A program made the translations under genes and the position numbers. 64,000 bases of DNA from Hyaloraphidium curvatum SAG 235-1 (taxonomy: Eukaryota > Fungi > Monoblepharomycota), in assembly GCA_025558095.1 (NCBI GenBank), contig JAIVFI010000006.1, positions 186,001 to 250,000 of the forward strand, read 5' to 3'. Positions 40,753-53,256 of this stretch are shown piece by piece. The notes under the pieces were generated by a model. That model was not told the DNA's origin, searched no databases, and was given only the letters and a program-made list of their open reading frames with translations. Each line of letters opens with the position of its first letter. Positions within the stretch are counted from its first letter, which is position 1.

Positions 40753-42999
40753 TCATCCTACACCTAGCAAGTGCTTGGCGTGTTCGTACGAGAGAAACGC
40801 CAATCCGGTCGCGGGTGCAACCTTGGAAAGCGAAATGGCAAGGCCTCGATAGAAGCCGCGCAAACCCTCCTTTGCATAAGTCTGCCTGAAGCAATCGCGG
40901 ACGTTCTTGTACTGAGCAGGGAGCGAGGTCGACCCCTGGGCTTGCATCCTGAGTCATGTGGGTGAGCTTACCGCGGTGCAACATCGAAGAGCGCAGCTCA
41001 CCTGACGCGAACGAGCTGAAGTGGGTAAACAAGACTCGCGGCTACGCTCCCGGATATGCAACCGAACGCAAGCACTTGGACCTGTCCAAGAGACGGGTTG
41101 TTGCTGTACCTCTTTCGCCGCTTCCACCACTTCTTCAAAGTCTCAAACACGGCCATGTTGGTGCCCATGAACGGAGCCATGCCCATCGTCGCCGGAATAA
41201 TGCCCCGATAGAATCCCAATAGTCCAGCTTTCACATAAATGTCCTCAACGGCAGCGAGGATCAGCGATCGCGACCCGCCAGCATGACGCGGGTCGACTGG
41301 ATTGGGCAAAGATGCCGTCGAGAAGGCAACGCTTAGCCAGGGTCTGAGTCCACTAACACGAGGTACGACCCCGGCTCCTGTGGCTCGCCAGAGCATTGCG
41401 CCTTGGCGCTGCCAGTCCCGGAGCCCTTCGCCGACCCTCCACCCTCCTAGATCCAACCGCTTGAACAAAGCGCTACCAGGGATATCAACGTGAGTGTCCA
41501 CGAGGCCCAAGGTGCTCTTCGTGATCTTGAGCGAGCTGTCGAACCCTGCCCCGAGTCTTTGCATGCTCTAACGAAAACAACAGAGTTAGAACATTGCAAT
41601 CCCGACGGTGGCATGTCCCACCATGACTCTCATGCGGATGGTCTCGATCGGATACGCGCAAAACTGGCCCAGCGTCCCTGCCGCAGCACCGGAAACAAAC
41701 CGACGGCCGGCAGCATCCAAAAAGGCATCCACCACATCGTCCTCGTCTGGATCAAAGTCGTCCCCAAGTACTTCCTGCTTCATCCTGGTATCCTCCATCA
41801 TTTTGTCCCTCTCGATGAAGTACTCTGTCATCCTCTCCACCACCAAGAAACCAATGGCCGACTCGGGAACGATACGGCAGCAGTTGAGAAAATTGCCTCT
41901 GAAGAACGAAGCTATGCCGCCGTCCCGGAGAATCGTCATTACGGCGCTACGGAAATTGCGAACGACGTGGCGTGCAGCTGGTACGAGTCCTTCGGCACGG
42001 ACGCTGGCAAAGTCAGCGGCCGTCTGCACCATGAAGTAGATCCGCAAACGATCGATGGGAGCCGTCACGGTTCGGGAAAAAGCTCCCGCAAAGGCGCCGG
42101 CAAGAAAGTACCGAAGCTGCTCCTGCTTCAGGGCGTCCTTCTCCAGGCCCCTGTGAAGAGACGTCAGAATCATTTCGCTGCAGTTGCAGACGACTAAATC
42201 ACCATGGAACATGATCAAACTCGATGTTTGACTGATAGACGAACTGGAAAGCTGAGAAGATGTCCGCCAACGAGTAGTCGCGTTCCAAGATAGCTGGAAT
42301 CGTGAGCATGAACCGCCGAAACTCGCGAAAGTCGACGCTGCCGTCATGATTCCGATCCAGTGCCGCAACAAATCGCTCCGCATCGTTCAATCGGAGGCGA
42401 ATTCCCTCCAAAAGGGCAGCCCTCTTTATCTCTGCCGGACTCAGCAGCCCGTCTTTGTTGACGTCGATGGCCTGGTACAGGTCCCAAGCACGCCGTTCCA
42501 TCAGCAGCAGCAGCTTCTTGAACGTCGTGTAATCGATTCTATCGCTCGGTGCCCGCCGTAGTTGAAAGGCGTTCCGGAGCCGACCAAAGAGCCCAGTCCG
42601 CTCCTGGCTCTCCTCTTCCTTCAAGGTTTCCAAGGCTTCCTTTAGATATTGTGCCAGTAGTTCCGCGCTGACGACGTGTACCCGAGATTCTTCGAACCGA
42701 GGAGCAAGAGACGCAATGGCGTCGTCTTCCGGAGTGCCGAAATCCTCGAGACCTCGCAGAGTGAGCAGCAGTCGCCGAACTTCCCATACTTCAAGGAAGC
42801 CGTCGCCGTCGTAGTCCAATTGCTCAAAGACATACTTCATGAATGATTCCCGCAACTTGGGAGTCTCGTGGGCGATCAGCTCGTCAAGGCTCTGTGGCCG
42901 GAAGACCGGCTCGCCATCCTTTGGCGGTGTCCCTGCCGGCTTCCGTGACGCGGGTTTCAAAGGTACGGGAATTGATTCGGTGGCAACCGGTATGTCCAT
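40753..42999 (-). CDS. Ca2+-binding mitochondrial carrier (SAL1/SCaMC-like ATP-Mg/Pi carrier), multi-exon
   Basis: EF-hands DYDGDGFLE, DVNKDGLLS, DRNHDGSVD; carrier motifs TAPIDRLR, YPIETIRMR, YPLQLVR; EGLRGFYRGL. Confidence 0.88.
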
Positions 43000-43260
43000 T
43001 TGCTCCGGGTGTCCAGAAAGGCGCGAGGAGCGAAGGGGACGCGACGCGCTTGGCGCGTTCCGTCGCGGCCGGTGGCAGCGCTGCGGAAGCCAAGTCGGCC
43101 CCGCAAACGACGCAAAACTGTCTCCGAAGAACGTCTGACGGCCGCTTAAGAGCTCGCACGGGAGTCTTGCGGAGCTTCGGGGCGATCTATAAACAGTGCA
43201 CGATCCCCCATCCATCCCTCGGTGACCGATCAGATCTCTATCACAGGCGCTGACCGATCA

Positions 43261-45091
43261 CTACTTCCCGAATCGCCCCGCCCGTTGCCGCCCGCGTTCC
43301 CGAACAAGAATCTCCTTCGCGGCCTTCAAAATGCCAGGCTCCGTCTTGTCAAGCTGATCGAGCATCTTCGTCAGCTGCTGCATCACCGCCGTCAACATCT
43401 CCGCGGCAGACAGGGCGTCGTCGCGGAACGCAAAGGTGCCCTGCACCGGGCAGCAGGCCAAATACAACTCCGAAACTTTGCGGTTCAGCTCATCCAGTAT
43501 TTGCTCTTGGTCTTCCGCCAGGTTTGCGAGCAAAATGTTGTGCTGCTTCTGGGCCGCCGAGAGCATTTCGCGCTGCTTCGCGATCTCGGCGTTGAGGGCG
43601 TCGATCTCCCCCTGACGGTCCTGCTTTTCCTTTTCCCTGAGCCAGAACAATGTTATAATGGATCGTAAGCCCCTGCTGCCGGACTTACGCCTTTTCGCTT
43701 TCCGCGCGCAGCCGGATTTGAAGCTCCGCGACCCTGGCCTCCTCATCCTTGCACTCTTGCTCAAGTTCGGCGTTCCTCTTGTCCATTTTCGCAAACTCAT
43801 GGAGAAGCTGCGATGGCTCCGTGAAGTATGTCGGCACGTCAGCGTCGCCCTCCAAGTCCTGCAGCTTGGCTAGCACCCCTTCCAGATCGAAAGAATCCGG
43901 ATCGTCGATCGATATCTCCGCCAGGGGATCATCGCTCTCTGGAAGGATCGGCACGTTCTCTGCCGACTTCTTGTCGGCCAGAGAAGCAGTGCTTTGGCCC
44001 TTTGGAGTGGCCAGCGCCGCTGACGACCTTCTCCTCGTCGAGATGCTGCCGCGTCGGGACGGAGCCTTTGTGGGCTGCCCTGCTTTCACCTTTCCGCCTC
44101 CGCTTACTCCACCGGCTCCTGGCTGTGCACCGCTGGATGCAATCCGAACCTGCCTGAGGCCACGCGCGATCTTCCTGATGGTGCTCCGCAGGTTTGGTCC
44201 GTTCTCCCTCCCCTGGTTCGAGCCTTCCGCCGCCGCTGCTGCGAGGGCCTCGGCGGCGATCCGCTCCCTCTCCGCCTTGCGCAGCTTCCGCGGGCGGTAG
44301 ACGTGCTCCTCCAGCCACTCCTTTGGCGTCAGCATCTCGAGCAGCTTCCGGCATCGCAGTGAGTCCCGCAGCTGCTCCTCCGACTTGGAAATCTCGGACC
44401 TGACAGCAATGAGAGAAAGCTGGAGCTTCTTGATCTCCTTCGTTTTCGCCAGCTTCAGCCTGGTTTCCTGCTCGGCTCTGGATATCCGGTTGAGTTGAAG
44501 CTTCGGGCTCGTGCGCCGAAGACACCAACTTGCGGAGAGCCTCCATCGCCTTCCGGTCGTTCTCCTCCAAGAACCTATCAAAGTCCACGGCGGACTGCTC
44601 CAGGGCCGTCTCTGCCTTCTTGAGCGAGTCCTCCTCCCTGGCTGCGGCCTCCCTCAGCCGTTGTATCTCCGCCTTCTTGGCATCGAGCGAATACTGCAGC
44701 AGGAACAGCTCCCTCTTCTTCTCGATGACCTCGGCCGGCGACTCGCGGTGTCCCCTGATCCGGTGCTCTTTGCCACCGTGAGGCAAGGAGCGGGCAGGGA
44801 GGGCGGCGACGCACCTCGCATGAGGGCCTCCATCTCGTCGGCTTCCGCCCTCGAGCCACGGCCCTTGCTCTCCAGGTCGGCGCACGAATCGGCAAGCAGC
44901 TCGCGGAAGGTCCGCGGCCGTGTGCGTTTGGAGACCTGCGAGGTCGCCGAGGCGGCGGACGACTCTCCGCGCTGGAGCGGTCGCGGAAGGGCGCCAGGGG
45001 CAGGCTTCGTCCCCGCGGACGGCGCATCGCGTCGCGCCGGGCCGGTCTTTTCTAAATGAATTTCGACAGGTTGCGCGTCCTCCGGTGCCAT
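43261..45091 (-). CDS. CFAP100: Cilia/flagella-associated coiled-coil protein CFAP100 (CCDC37/38 family), multi-exon
   Basis: IEKKRELFLLQYSLDAKKAEI...FDRFLEENDRKAMEAL, AEQETRLK...LTPKEW, PTYFTEPSQLL. Confidence 0.8.
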
Positions 45092-45292
45092 AGCGGCCCG
45101 TGGGCTGCTCGGAATTGAGGCCCAGTTTGTCGGCGCGGGCGATTGACTTCCTCGCGACCTCGCCCTTTACTCCGAGCAAACACGTTCTATTGCTGTACCA
45201 ATCAAGTCTCCGGGGACACGCGGTATGTCGCTGTACAATCTATGTCGAAGCCTGGCCTGCGCGGAAATGTACAAATCTACTACCTGCCCACC

Positions 45293-46539
45293 TCACCAGA
45301 GTACGGCCAGGTCCAGCCCCGGAACCTGGCTCCTCGTCTCGTCCTCGAGCCTCTCCCTCCTCGCGCGCATGTCCCCCTCAGTGCCCGCTTCGCGAACCCT
45401 GGCCCCGATCTCGCCCTCCTCGACAAACGCCTCGGTCGCGTCCCCGACTTCCTTCTCCGCGGCCAGTGCCGCCGCCATCTCCGCAGCCGGCAGCTCGGCG
45501 CGGTCAAAGTGCTCCGCCAGGTGCCTGTTGACCTCCTCGTACCGCTCCCCAATGACCGCGTGGCCCGCGCCGGGGATGATCACCAGCGGCGCGTCCAACA
45601 CGCGCGCGAGGTAGGTGGAGTTGCTCGGCCTGACCAGGTTGTCGACGGTGCCCGTCAGCACGAGCTTGGCCGCGGGCAGGTCACGGATCCGCGCCAGGCG
45701 CGCCTCCGAGACGTGGTGCGTGGCCACGGCCGAGAGCTGCCCCACGGAACCCTGGCGGGTCTGCGGCCGCGTGCGCTTGGCGCGCTCCGTGGAGCGGTAC
45801 ACGATCCAGTCCCGGTTGGTGGCAAAGTCCGCGGGCCCGTCGCGCGCGGTGGGGACCGCGGGCGGTCTCCAGGGTGCGTCGAGCCAGGATTCCGGGTAGA
45901 GCATGGGGAGGCCGCGCTCCAGACGCTCCTCGACCGAGCGCGAGGCAAGGGTGCGGGGCATCATGTACATGGCGTTCAGGGGCGGGAGCGTGCGACCCGC
46001 TGTCCCGACGGACGCGAAACGTTAATCCACGGCCGACGAGCCGTCGACGGATTGCACCCACGCGTCGTCGCCACCAGCGCCACCGACTTGAACACCTTGG
46101 GCGCCAGCAACACCAGCTCCATGGTTATCATCCCGCCCATCGACACTCCGATTACGTGAACCCCGGTTCCGACAGCCACGGGCCCGTTCGGCCCCTGCTC
46201 CGCCCAGCCGAGGTGCTCCAACAGCTCCAGCGCGTCCTGTGCCATCTGACTGGTCTTGTAGTATCCCGGCGGGCTCCCAGACAGGCCCATTCCCCTACGA
46301 AGAGGCCAAAACGACGTTCGGAAGGTCTCAAATTGCCACGACGCCGTCCCGACCCACCGGTTGTCGAAGCAGACGCTAGTCCACGCGTCCCCGGAGAACC
46401 TGTCCGTCTGGTTCTCCCATCCTTGGCACGCGGTCGACAGTCCCATAACCCAGAGTGCGCGGCGCGGGCCGTGCCCGTGGACCTCGTAGTAGATGTCGAC
46501 GGGTTCCCCGCGGGAGCGGCCCACGAGGACGTGCGGCAT
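45293..46539 (-). CDS. Alpha/beta hydrolase, multi-exon
   Basis: IYYEVHGHGP, VCFDNR, QMAQDALELLEHLGW, HVIGVSMGGMI (GxSxG), LTGTVDNLV, GAGH. Confidence 0.85.
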
Positions 46540-47021
46540 CGCTTCCGGCCTGCGGCGGGAGGAACACGCAGAGCGTGGGGAGGACGAGCAGACGGCGTCC
46601 AAGGAAGAGGGAGGGAAGGCTCTTTCGAAGGCCGTGAGGGAAGAAAGCCGTGAGGGAGGTTGCGTATCTCCCGTTAAAGAGACGGTGCCGCCTGTCTCCG
46701 AGAGCGCCGCGGTCCGCGGCGCGGCCGCCGGGGAAACGACGGCGGAGCTTTCGATGCGCTTAAAGGAGCAGACTCGGCAGAGGCGCCCTTCGGCGAGCCG
46801 GCAGTTTGTGGGGGACGGAGTCAAAGGGGAGCCTCAATTTCGCAAGCACGTGAACGTGTCGGCTGGCGAACCGTCCAGCTCCACACGACTTCTCCCGAGA
46901 TAATTGCCCAATTGACGAGGGAAAAGAAATGGGGAGGGAGGGAGGAGAAGGGCCGCATTCGAGCTAGCTTTACCCGTGATCCTCCGACCAGGCGCGAGCT
47001 GACCATCACCACACCCTGCAT

Positions 47022-47942
47022 CTAGACCACGTGTTCCCCCTGCGCCGCCCCGTCTCCCGCCTTGCCCCTCACCAACGCCTCCACTCTGTCGCCCCACGCC
47101 CCGGGCTCGCCCGCCGCCCACAGCGGCCGGAAGTATCGCCCAAACGCCCAGCAAGCCGCGAGCATCCCTAGGACCGAGCCGGCAGCCACATCCAACGGGG
47201 AGTGCCGGTAGTCGATCACGCGCGAGACCGCGATGCACGCGGCCAGCACCGCGGGCGCCAGCGCCACCACCGCCGGTGCAAGGTAAGCTGGCCTCGGGCT
47301 CGAGAACATCCATCCCTTGGCCATCGCGAGGTGCAGCGAGAGGAACCCCAGGCCCGCGAACGACAGCGACGCGTGACCCGAGGGAAAAGCCTTGCGTCCG
47401 TCCTCGACAGTCCCTGACGAACCGGTGCACACGGTGCCGTTGAACATCCGCAGCGGGCCGGGAGGTTGCCCGCCGAAGTTGATGCCGGTAGACGCGATCC
47501 CGCCCGCGAGCGACGAGGCGGCCGCAGGCCAGTTCGGCGCGCAGCGGGAGATGAAGTCCGGGCGGAGGGCACCAACGTACACCTTGAAGGACTCAGTGAG
47601 CAGCACGGTCAGGGAGAGGGCAAAGGCCAGGCCGAGGAGCGCGCTGTGCAGCTCGAGCAGCGAGCGGCGGAGGAGCGCGAGGGCGGAGCAGCACACCACG
47701 GGCACCGCGACGGCGAGCACGTAGAGCAGCCAGTTGGGAAACGTCTCGCTCGACAGCGGGTACGAGATGGCCGCGTCGTCCAGGGAAAACACGCGCTGCG
47801 TGACGGGCGCGAACGCGTTGACGAGCGCCGTGGCGATTAGCAGGGCCACCGGCACGGCCCAGTCCAGCGCATAGCTTCGCACGAGCGCGAGGCACGCGGG
47901 ACGCGGCGGGAAGCGCAGCCAGCGAGCGGCTGGGCTCTCCAT
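47022..47942 (-). CDS. PAP2 lipid phosphate phosphatase (DPP1/LPP1-like)
   Basis: KVYVGALRPDF (C1), FPSGHAS (C2), SRVIDYRHSPLDV (C3); six TM segments. Confidence 0.9.
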   Translation of the reverse strand: MESPAARWLRFPPRPACLALVRSYALDWAVPVALLIATALVNAFAPVTQRVFSLDDAAISYPLSSETFPNWLLYVLAVAVPVVCCSALALLRRSLLELHSALLGLAFALSLTVLLTESFKVYVGALRPDFISRCAPNWPAAASSLAGGIASTGINFGGQPPGPLRMFNGTVCTGSSGTVEDGRKAFPSGHASLSFAGLGFLSLHLAMAKGWMFSSPRPAYLAPAVVALAPAVLAACIAVSRVIDYRHSPLDVAAGSVLGMLAACWAFGRYFRPLWAAGEPGAWGDRVEALVRGKAGDGAAQGEHVV

Positions 47943-48217
47943 TTCCTCCGAAAAGCGCACCGTCAGCGGGTGGAGGGACTTGCGGTGGCCGCGGCCCCAT
48001 CTGAGCACCATCTCTTCTACCTCAAAATGCAGAAGATTGGATTGCATCGTATCAGACGTCGTCCTCCAAATGAAGTCAGGCTCTGCAGCTACAAGCTCGA
48101 TAAAAGGATGGACGCAACAACTTATTGGAAAGGAGAAAGGAGACGACCTATAAGAGTGGCATCCAGTGAGTCGTAGCGACGAAGGAGCGCAAAAGCTTGC
48201 TCACCTCGCCGTCGCCA

Positions 48218-49612
48218 TCAAAGCTTGGGCCTCCTTTTGTGCCACTCCGTGGCTTCCTGGAACGCATGACCGGCCCTGAGCACCGCATCCTCGTCCCACC
48301 ACCGCCCGATGATCTGGAATGCCACCGGATAGCCTTCTTCCGTCGATCCGCCGGGCAGAGTGAGCGACGGCAACCCCGCAAGGTTGATCGGGGCGGTGAA
48401 GATGATTCGGGCCGCGAAAGCCGAGGGGTCCATGGCGGTGGCGCGCACCTCCGCAGCGGTGATGGCGGCCTTGGGATGGACGGGGATGATGAAGAGGTCG
48501 GTGGACTCGAAGACCGCCTCCATGTGACCCTTGAACTCGGCGCGCTTGTGGTTGTACTTGGTCAGATCGCGGGCCGTCACGGTCGCCGAGAAGTCGAGGA
48601 AGCCCTTGATCGAACCGTACTCGGCCGCCCGGGACGGGTAGATGCTCTCGTGGGAGATGGCCAGCTCCGTTGCCGACAGGCCAAGATAGCCCGGGATGAG
48701 GGCTTGGAAGTCGGGCAGCGTGACGTCGACGATCTCGGCGCCGAGCTTGGCAAAGATCTCGAGGGCGCCCTGGATCGCTTCGACCGTGGCTTTGTCGCAG
48801 ATCGCGAGGTAGCGCTTATCCACCCCGATCCTCAGCCCCTTGACACCGCCGCGGAGCGAAGCGAGATAGTCGGGGACCTTCACGTGCGACGCCGTCGGGT
48901 CGGCCGGGTCGGGCCCGGCGAGGATTGCAAGCATGGCCGCCACATCTTCCGCCGAACGCGCGATCGGACCCACGTGGTCCAGGCTGTCTGCAAGCGGAAA
49001 GACGCCCGCGCGCGAGATGCGGCCCCAGGTCGGCTTGATCCCGGTGAGGCCGTTCTGCGCCGAAGGAGCGCGGATCGACCCGCCCGTGTCGCTGCCGAGG
49101 GAACCGTAGCACAGACCCGCGGCCGTGGCCACTCCCGACCCGCTCGATGACACCCCGGTCCAGAGGGAAGGCGACCACGGGTTGATCGGGACGGGGATCT
49201 TTGGGTGGTGCTCGGCGGTGGCGCCTTCGGTGAGCTGCAGCTTGCCGACGATGACGCATCCGGCGGCCTTGAGCCGGGCCACCACGGTAGAGTCCTTATC
49301 GGCCATTGTGTCGCGGCGGAGAGGCATCCCGGCCGCGGTGGGCAGCCCGGCCATGTCGCACAGATCCTTGACGGCCACGGGCACCCCGTGCAGCGGGCCG
49401 CGGAGCTTGCCAGCGGCGATCTCGGCATCCGCGGCGGCGGCGGCGTCGAGCGCGGCGTCGGCAGTCACAAGCTCGAACACATGCAGCGTGGGCTCGAGGC
49501 GGGCGATGCGGTCGAGGGTGGCGCGCACGGCCGCGACAGATGTGGTCTCGCCCGAAGCGATTCGCCGCCCGAGCTCCACGGCGGGGAGGAAAACCAGCGA
49601 GTCGTCTGCCAT
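48218..49612 (-). CDS. Amidase signature family enzyme, intronless, bacterial type
   Basis: GPLHGVPVAVKDL, GVSSSGSG, SLGSDTGGSIRAPS, GIKPTWGRIS. Confidence 0.9.
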   Translation of the reverse strand: MADDSLVFLPAVELGRRIASGETTSVAAVRATLDRIARLEPTLHVFELVTADAALDAAAAADAEIAAGKLRGPLHGVPVAVKDLCDMAGLPTAAGMPLRRDTMADKDSTVVARLKAAGCVIVGKLQLTEGATAEHHPKIPVPINPWSPSLWTGVSSSGSGVATAAGLCYGSLGSDTGGSIRAPSAQNGLTGIKPTWGRISRAGVFPLADSLDHVGPIARSAEDVAAMLAILAGPDPADPTASHVKVPDYLASLRGGVKGLRIGVDKRYLAICDKATVEAIQGALEIFAKLGAEIVDVTLPDFQALIPGYLGLSATELAISHESIYPSRAAEYGSIKGFLDFSATVTARDLTKYNHKRAEFKGHMEAVFESTDLFIIPVHPKAAITAAEVRATAMDPSAFAARIIFTAPINLAGLPSLTLPGGSTEEGYPVAFQIIGRWWDEDAVLRAGHAFQEATEWHKRRPKL

Positions 49613-49762
49613 GCTGTAGTGCCCTCTGCTTGTGGTCGGTTGTATGTTGGACCGGAAAAGGGTGAGCGGGTGTTGCTGATGTGCCGCGCAACTGGCGGCC
49701 AATCCGGCTATAAAGGCGGTGCGACGCCCGCTGTCCCGCCGCACCTCTGCACGCCAGCAAGA

Positions 49763-50862
49763 ATGCTCGAACAGTTCGCTGGCCAAGCCTCGGCCCTGTT
49801 CGCCGGCCTCGGCCTCGGCCCCGCGGGGCCCCTCTTCACCAACCTCTTTGCCTCGCCCGGCGCGCAGTACAGTAGGCCCCACGTGCACGAGCCAGTTGCG
49901 CCCGAGCTCACCTGCTCGGTCCCCGCTCGATCCTCGCCCGGCGCCCGCCCCGCAAGTCCTCAAAATCGGCACCACCGTCGCGGTCCTGCACCAAGTCCAC
50001 CAAATCATCTTCCGCCGGGCCTGGGACGAGAACTGGTGGCCGGAACGCCGAATCCAGCCGGGCAAGGCGCTGCAGGCGGAGCCCACGGGAACGATCAGGG
50101 CCAAGACCCGCACCGAGATCGTCATCGGGAGCTACGTCCTCGTGGGGATGTTCTGGTTGCTTTTCCAGCAGTGGTACCTCGAGTGGGTCGTTGCATCCAG
50201 AATCCCGAGTGCTGGACGCTGACCGCCCATCATCCCGGCCCCAGCGTCAACTCCCCACCGCCCGAGCCACTCACGGCGGTCAAGAAGATCATCCTCGCCA
50301 TTCTGTATTGCGATTTCTTCTACTACTGGTATCATCGCGCAGAGCATGACATTCCCTGGCTATACAGGTGGGCTTCGCTGGGCCTCCCCAACCTCACCTG
50401 CGCAACTTGCATATGCTGAATCTGCCCAATGCAACAGGAATTTCCACAAAAAACATCACCAATTCTACGTCAATTCGCCCGAGGCCGCCGAATGGGACGA
50501 ACTCCAGGTTGTCGCCTTTACCTGCCCCCGTGCCTCCGGTTCTGACTTCCGATCTCTCAAATCAGGAACACGTCATGGTCGGCTTCCTCACCAACGGCCT
50601 CCCCTCGTACCTCGCCGGGATGGATTTCACCACGCATTGGATCTGGGTCGCCATGAACGCCATTCGGCACGAGCACCACCACTCGGGCTTCGATTTTGCC
50701 TGGTACCCCTTCAACCGGCTGCCGATCTTCGCACCCGCGGGATTCCACCACGACCACCACGCCAAGAACGCCGGGAACTACGCCATCTGGACTCGGATCA
50801 TGGATTACGTGTTCGGAACGGATAGGGGAACGGTGTTCAGGGCACTCGACGAGTCCGGGTAA
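49763..50862 (+). CDS. Fatty acid hydroxylase / sterol desaturase superfamily protein, multi-exon
   Basis: His boxes YYWYHRAEH, HKKHH, HHHSG, FHHDHH...GNYA..MDYVFGT; TATAAA at ~49709 upstream. Confidence 0.85.
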
Positions 50863-50902
50863 CAGCAGTCGGCTTGTACTCGAGCACCAACGAACAAAAT
50901 CG

Positions 50903-52822
50903 TTAGAGCACAGACCTGAGCGCCTCGTCCGCCCCTCCCAAACCCCCCACGAACGTCGCCCAAGCCCCACCGTCCACCCCACCCACGATCGGACCGCCCG
51001 CACCTCCCGCAAGCGCCCTCCCCGCGGGCGATTTCCCGATCCCCGACGCAGCGAGGTATCCCGCCGCCTCGGCGGCGCCCTGCAGCGCCGCGTCGCGCGC
51101 CGGCCCCGCGGGCAGCGCGGCAGCGGCGGCGGACAGCAGCGTGCCCGCGCGGAGGCCGGCAACGAGGGCGGGGAGGTAGAGGTCCGCTGGGCACGGGGGT
51201 GGCCGGCACCGGAGCTGTTCCGATGCGAGGGTCGACACGAGGGCGGCGGATTCGAGGGCCGAGAGGACGGGGCCGGAGGCGAAGATCGTGGCGGCGTCGC
51301 CGGGGTGCGGAGCGATGGCCCCCGTGTCGTCGGGGAGCCAGTTCTCGAGCGGGAGGGAGAAGATGGAGATCCATAGGCCGATGACCATGTGCGAAGCCTT
51401 GGCCGAGGGGCAAAAACTGCCGTACAAGGCCACATGCGGCGCCGGATGCCCGTGGGCGAGGGGCCGGCCAATGTCCGGGGGCACAGCCGCCATGGCATCG
51501 GACGCCAGCTGCTCCAGGAGGGCAGCCTGAGCGCGGTAGGTGGCTTGCTCGGAAGAGTCTGCCGCCGGATCCTGGGCTGCCAGTTTCAGCACCGAGATAC
51601 CGGCCGACGCGGCAAAGGCCTTCAGCCGGGTCCGGTGGGAGCGCAGCATCGACAGAAGCAGGGAGAGGGAAGCAATGGAGCCCCTGCGGGAGTAGAGCGC
51701 GCCCGCGAGGTCGGCAACGACAGCGCAACAGCGTTCGGGCGATGCCGGAAACTCCGCAAACGGGCCGAGGTCCACCGTGGTGTGCTTCCAGGGGCCCAGG
51801 GCCGAGCATCGAAGCAACTCGTAGGCCTCCTGAGGCGAGTCCATGTCAAAGTAAATGTCGTTTGCCGGCAGGAACGTCCCGACGGCCGCCCAATCAAGCA
51901 GCAGCGGCCCGTTCCCGTTGTCTTCGGGGCCGTCCTCGGGGTTGGCCCCGCCGTCGCCGTTGCGTCCGGCCCTCAGGTAGTCAAAGTGCGGCTGCACCAT
52001 GGCAAAGAACACCCAGACGCGCGCCCGCATCTCCGACGCGATCCACTCGTTGGCGTCCGCGGGCTCCGCCCCATAGCCGCGCAGCTGTGGCCGCGAGGAT
52101 TGCGGCGAGGTCGGGTCGAGGCAGAGGCGCGCGAGGGCGGGCAGGAACCGAGCGGCCCATTGGAACGAGGCCGCCACATTGCCGCGGGGCAGGCGGTACC
52201 ACAGCAGATGGCACACGGTCTGCAGGGCCTCCAGGTCGCCGATGGCCTGCGGAGCGCCTGGCGCGGCGAAGCCTGCCTCGAGGGCGTCCGACGCGGCGGC
52301 AAACAGGCGGTCTGCGCACGCCTCCCTCTCGCTGATCGGGGTGGGGTCGGCGCCGGCACCGTCGGCATCCGTGCCAACGTCCGCGTCGGCGTCGCCGGCG
52401 TCGCCGTAGTAGAGGCCCACCGCGGCAGCAGCGTAGGCAAGCGCCTTTGGCGGCGCGCTGTAGTGGCGCGACGGGCGGCCGGTCAGCGCGTCCAGGAACG
52501 TGGTGCGGTGGACCAGGAGGAACGAGGGGTACACGCGGCTGAAATAGATGGCCAGCGCTTTCGGCAGCAGCGCGTCCACGGGGGGAGGCGGCGGGGCGGG
52601 TGACGGCCCCGCCGCATCCGCTGCCGCCGCGTCCGCTCCGGCACGCCGTGGGCCACGCAGCCGCCGCGTCACGGCCCCGGCGTCTGCGTCCGCCGCGGGC
52701 TGAACGACGCACGGCACGCCCCGGCGCACGCACCGAGCGCAGCCCCCGGCGGCTGGCGAACAGCGCTTCCGCTGCGTTGCGCACGCCACGCACGCCGTGC
52801 GCACGAGACGCCCGTCGATCAT
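50903..52822 (-). CDS. Zn(II)2Cys6 fungal transcription factor with Fungal_trans domain
   Basis: ACVACATQRKRCSPAAGGCARCVRRGVPC; YFSRVYPSFLLVHRTTF; EMRARVW. The start is uncertain. Confidence 0.85.
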   Translation of the reverse strand: MIDGRLVRTACVACATQRKRCSPAAGGCARCVRRGVPCVVQPAADADAGAVTRRLRGPRRAGADAAAADAAGPSPAPPPPPVDALLPKALAIYFSRVYPSFLLVHRTTFLDALTGRPSRHYSAPPKALAYAAAAVGLYYGDAGDADADVGTDADGAGADPTPISEREACADRLFAAASDALEAGFAAPGAPQAIGDLEALQTVCHLLWYRLPRGNVAASFQWAARFLPALARLCLDPTSPQSSRPQLRGYGAEPADANEWIASEMRARVWVFFAMVQPHFDYLRAGRNGDGGANPEDGPEDNGNGPLLLDWAAVGTFLPANDIYFDMDSPQEAYELLRCSALGPWKHTTVDLGPFAEFPASPERCCAVVADLAGALYSRRGSIASLSLLLSMLRSHRTRLKAFAASAGISVLKLAAQDPAADSSEQATYRAQAALLEQLASDAMAAVPPDIGRPLAHGHPAPHVALYGSFCPSAKASHMVIGLWISIFSLPLENWLPDDTGAIAPHPGDAATIFASGPVLSALESAALVSTLASEQLRCRPPPCPADLYLPALVAGLRAGTLLSAAAAALPAGPARDAALQGAAEAAGYLAASGIGKSPAGRALAGGAGGPIVGGVDGGAWATFVGGLGGADEALRSVL

Positions 52823-53256
52823 TAGCCTGAATCCGACGAGATTGCTGTCTCCTTCGGAACTGGCGCGGAATAATCGCTGGGTAAGGCGGGTCGGTTGGCG
52901 CCTGGTTGGCACGGCATCCAAACAAACCTCGATTTCCGATCTGCCCGCCCTCTCCAGCACGTCTTCGAAGGTCAAAATCACAGATCACAATATTGGCGAT
53001 GTCTACATGTGGCAACGGTGCGGAGGACACCGTTTGCACCGCAACAAGATTGGACTACGGGATGAAAGGAAGCGATCAACCCGACACCTCGATTCCGGTC
53101 CAACAACTAGACTTTCTTCCAGTTTCAAACAACGGTATTGCACATCATCACAATGAATAGTATCTGGTCAAAGTAGCTGTTGGTTTCCGAAACGGAGTGG
53201 GAGAACAAGGCTCGCGGCACACCGAACAAGGCTCCGCAGTACCACGAAACCGCAAT

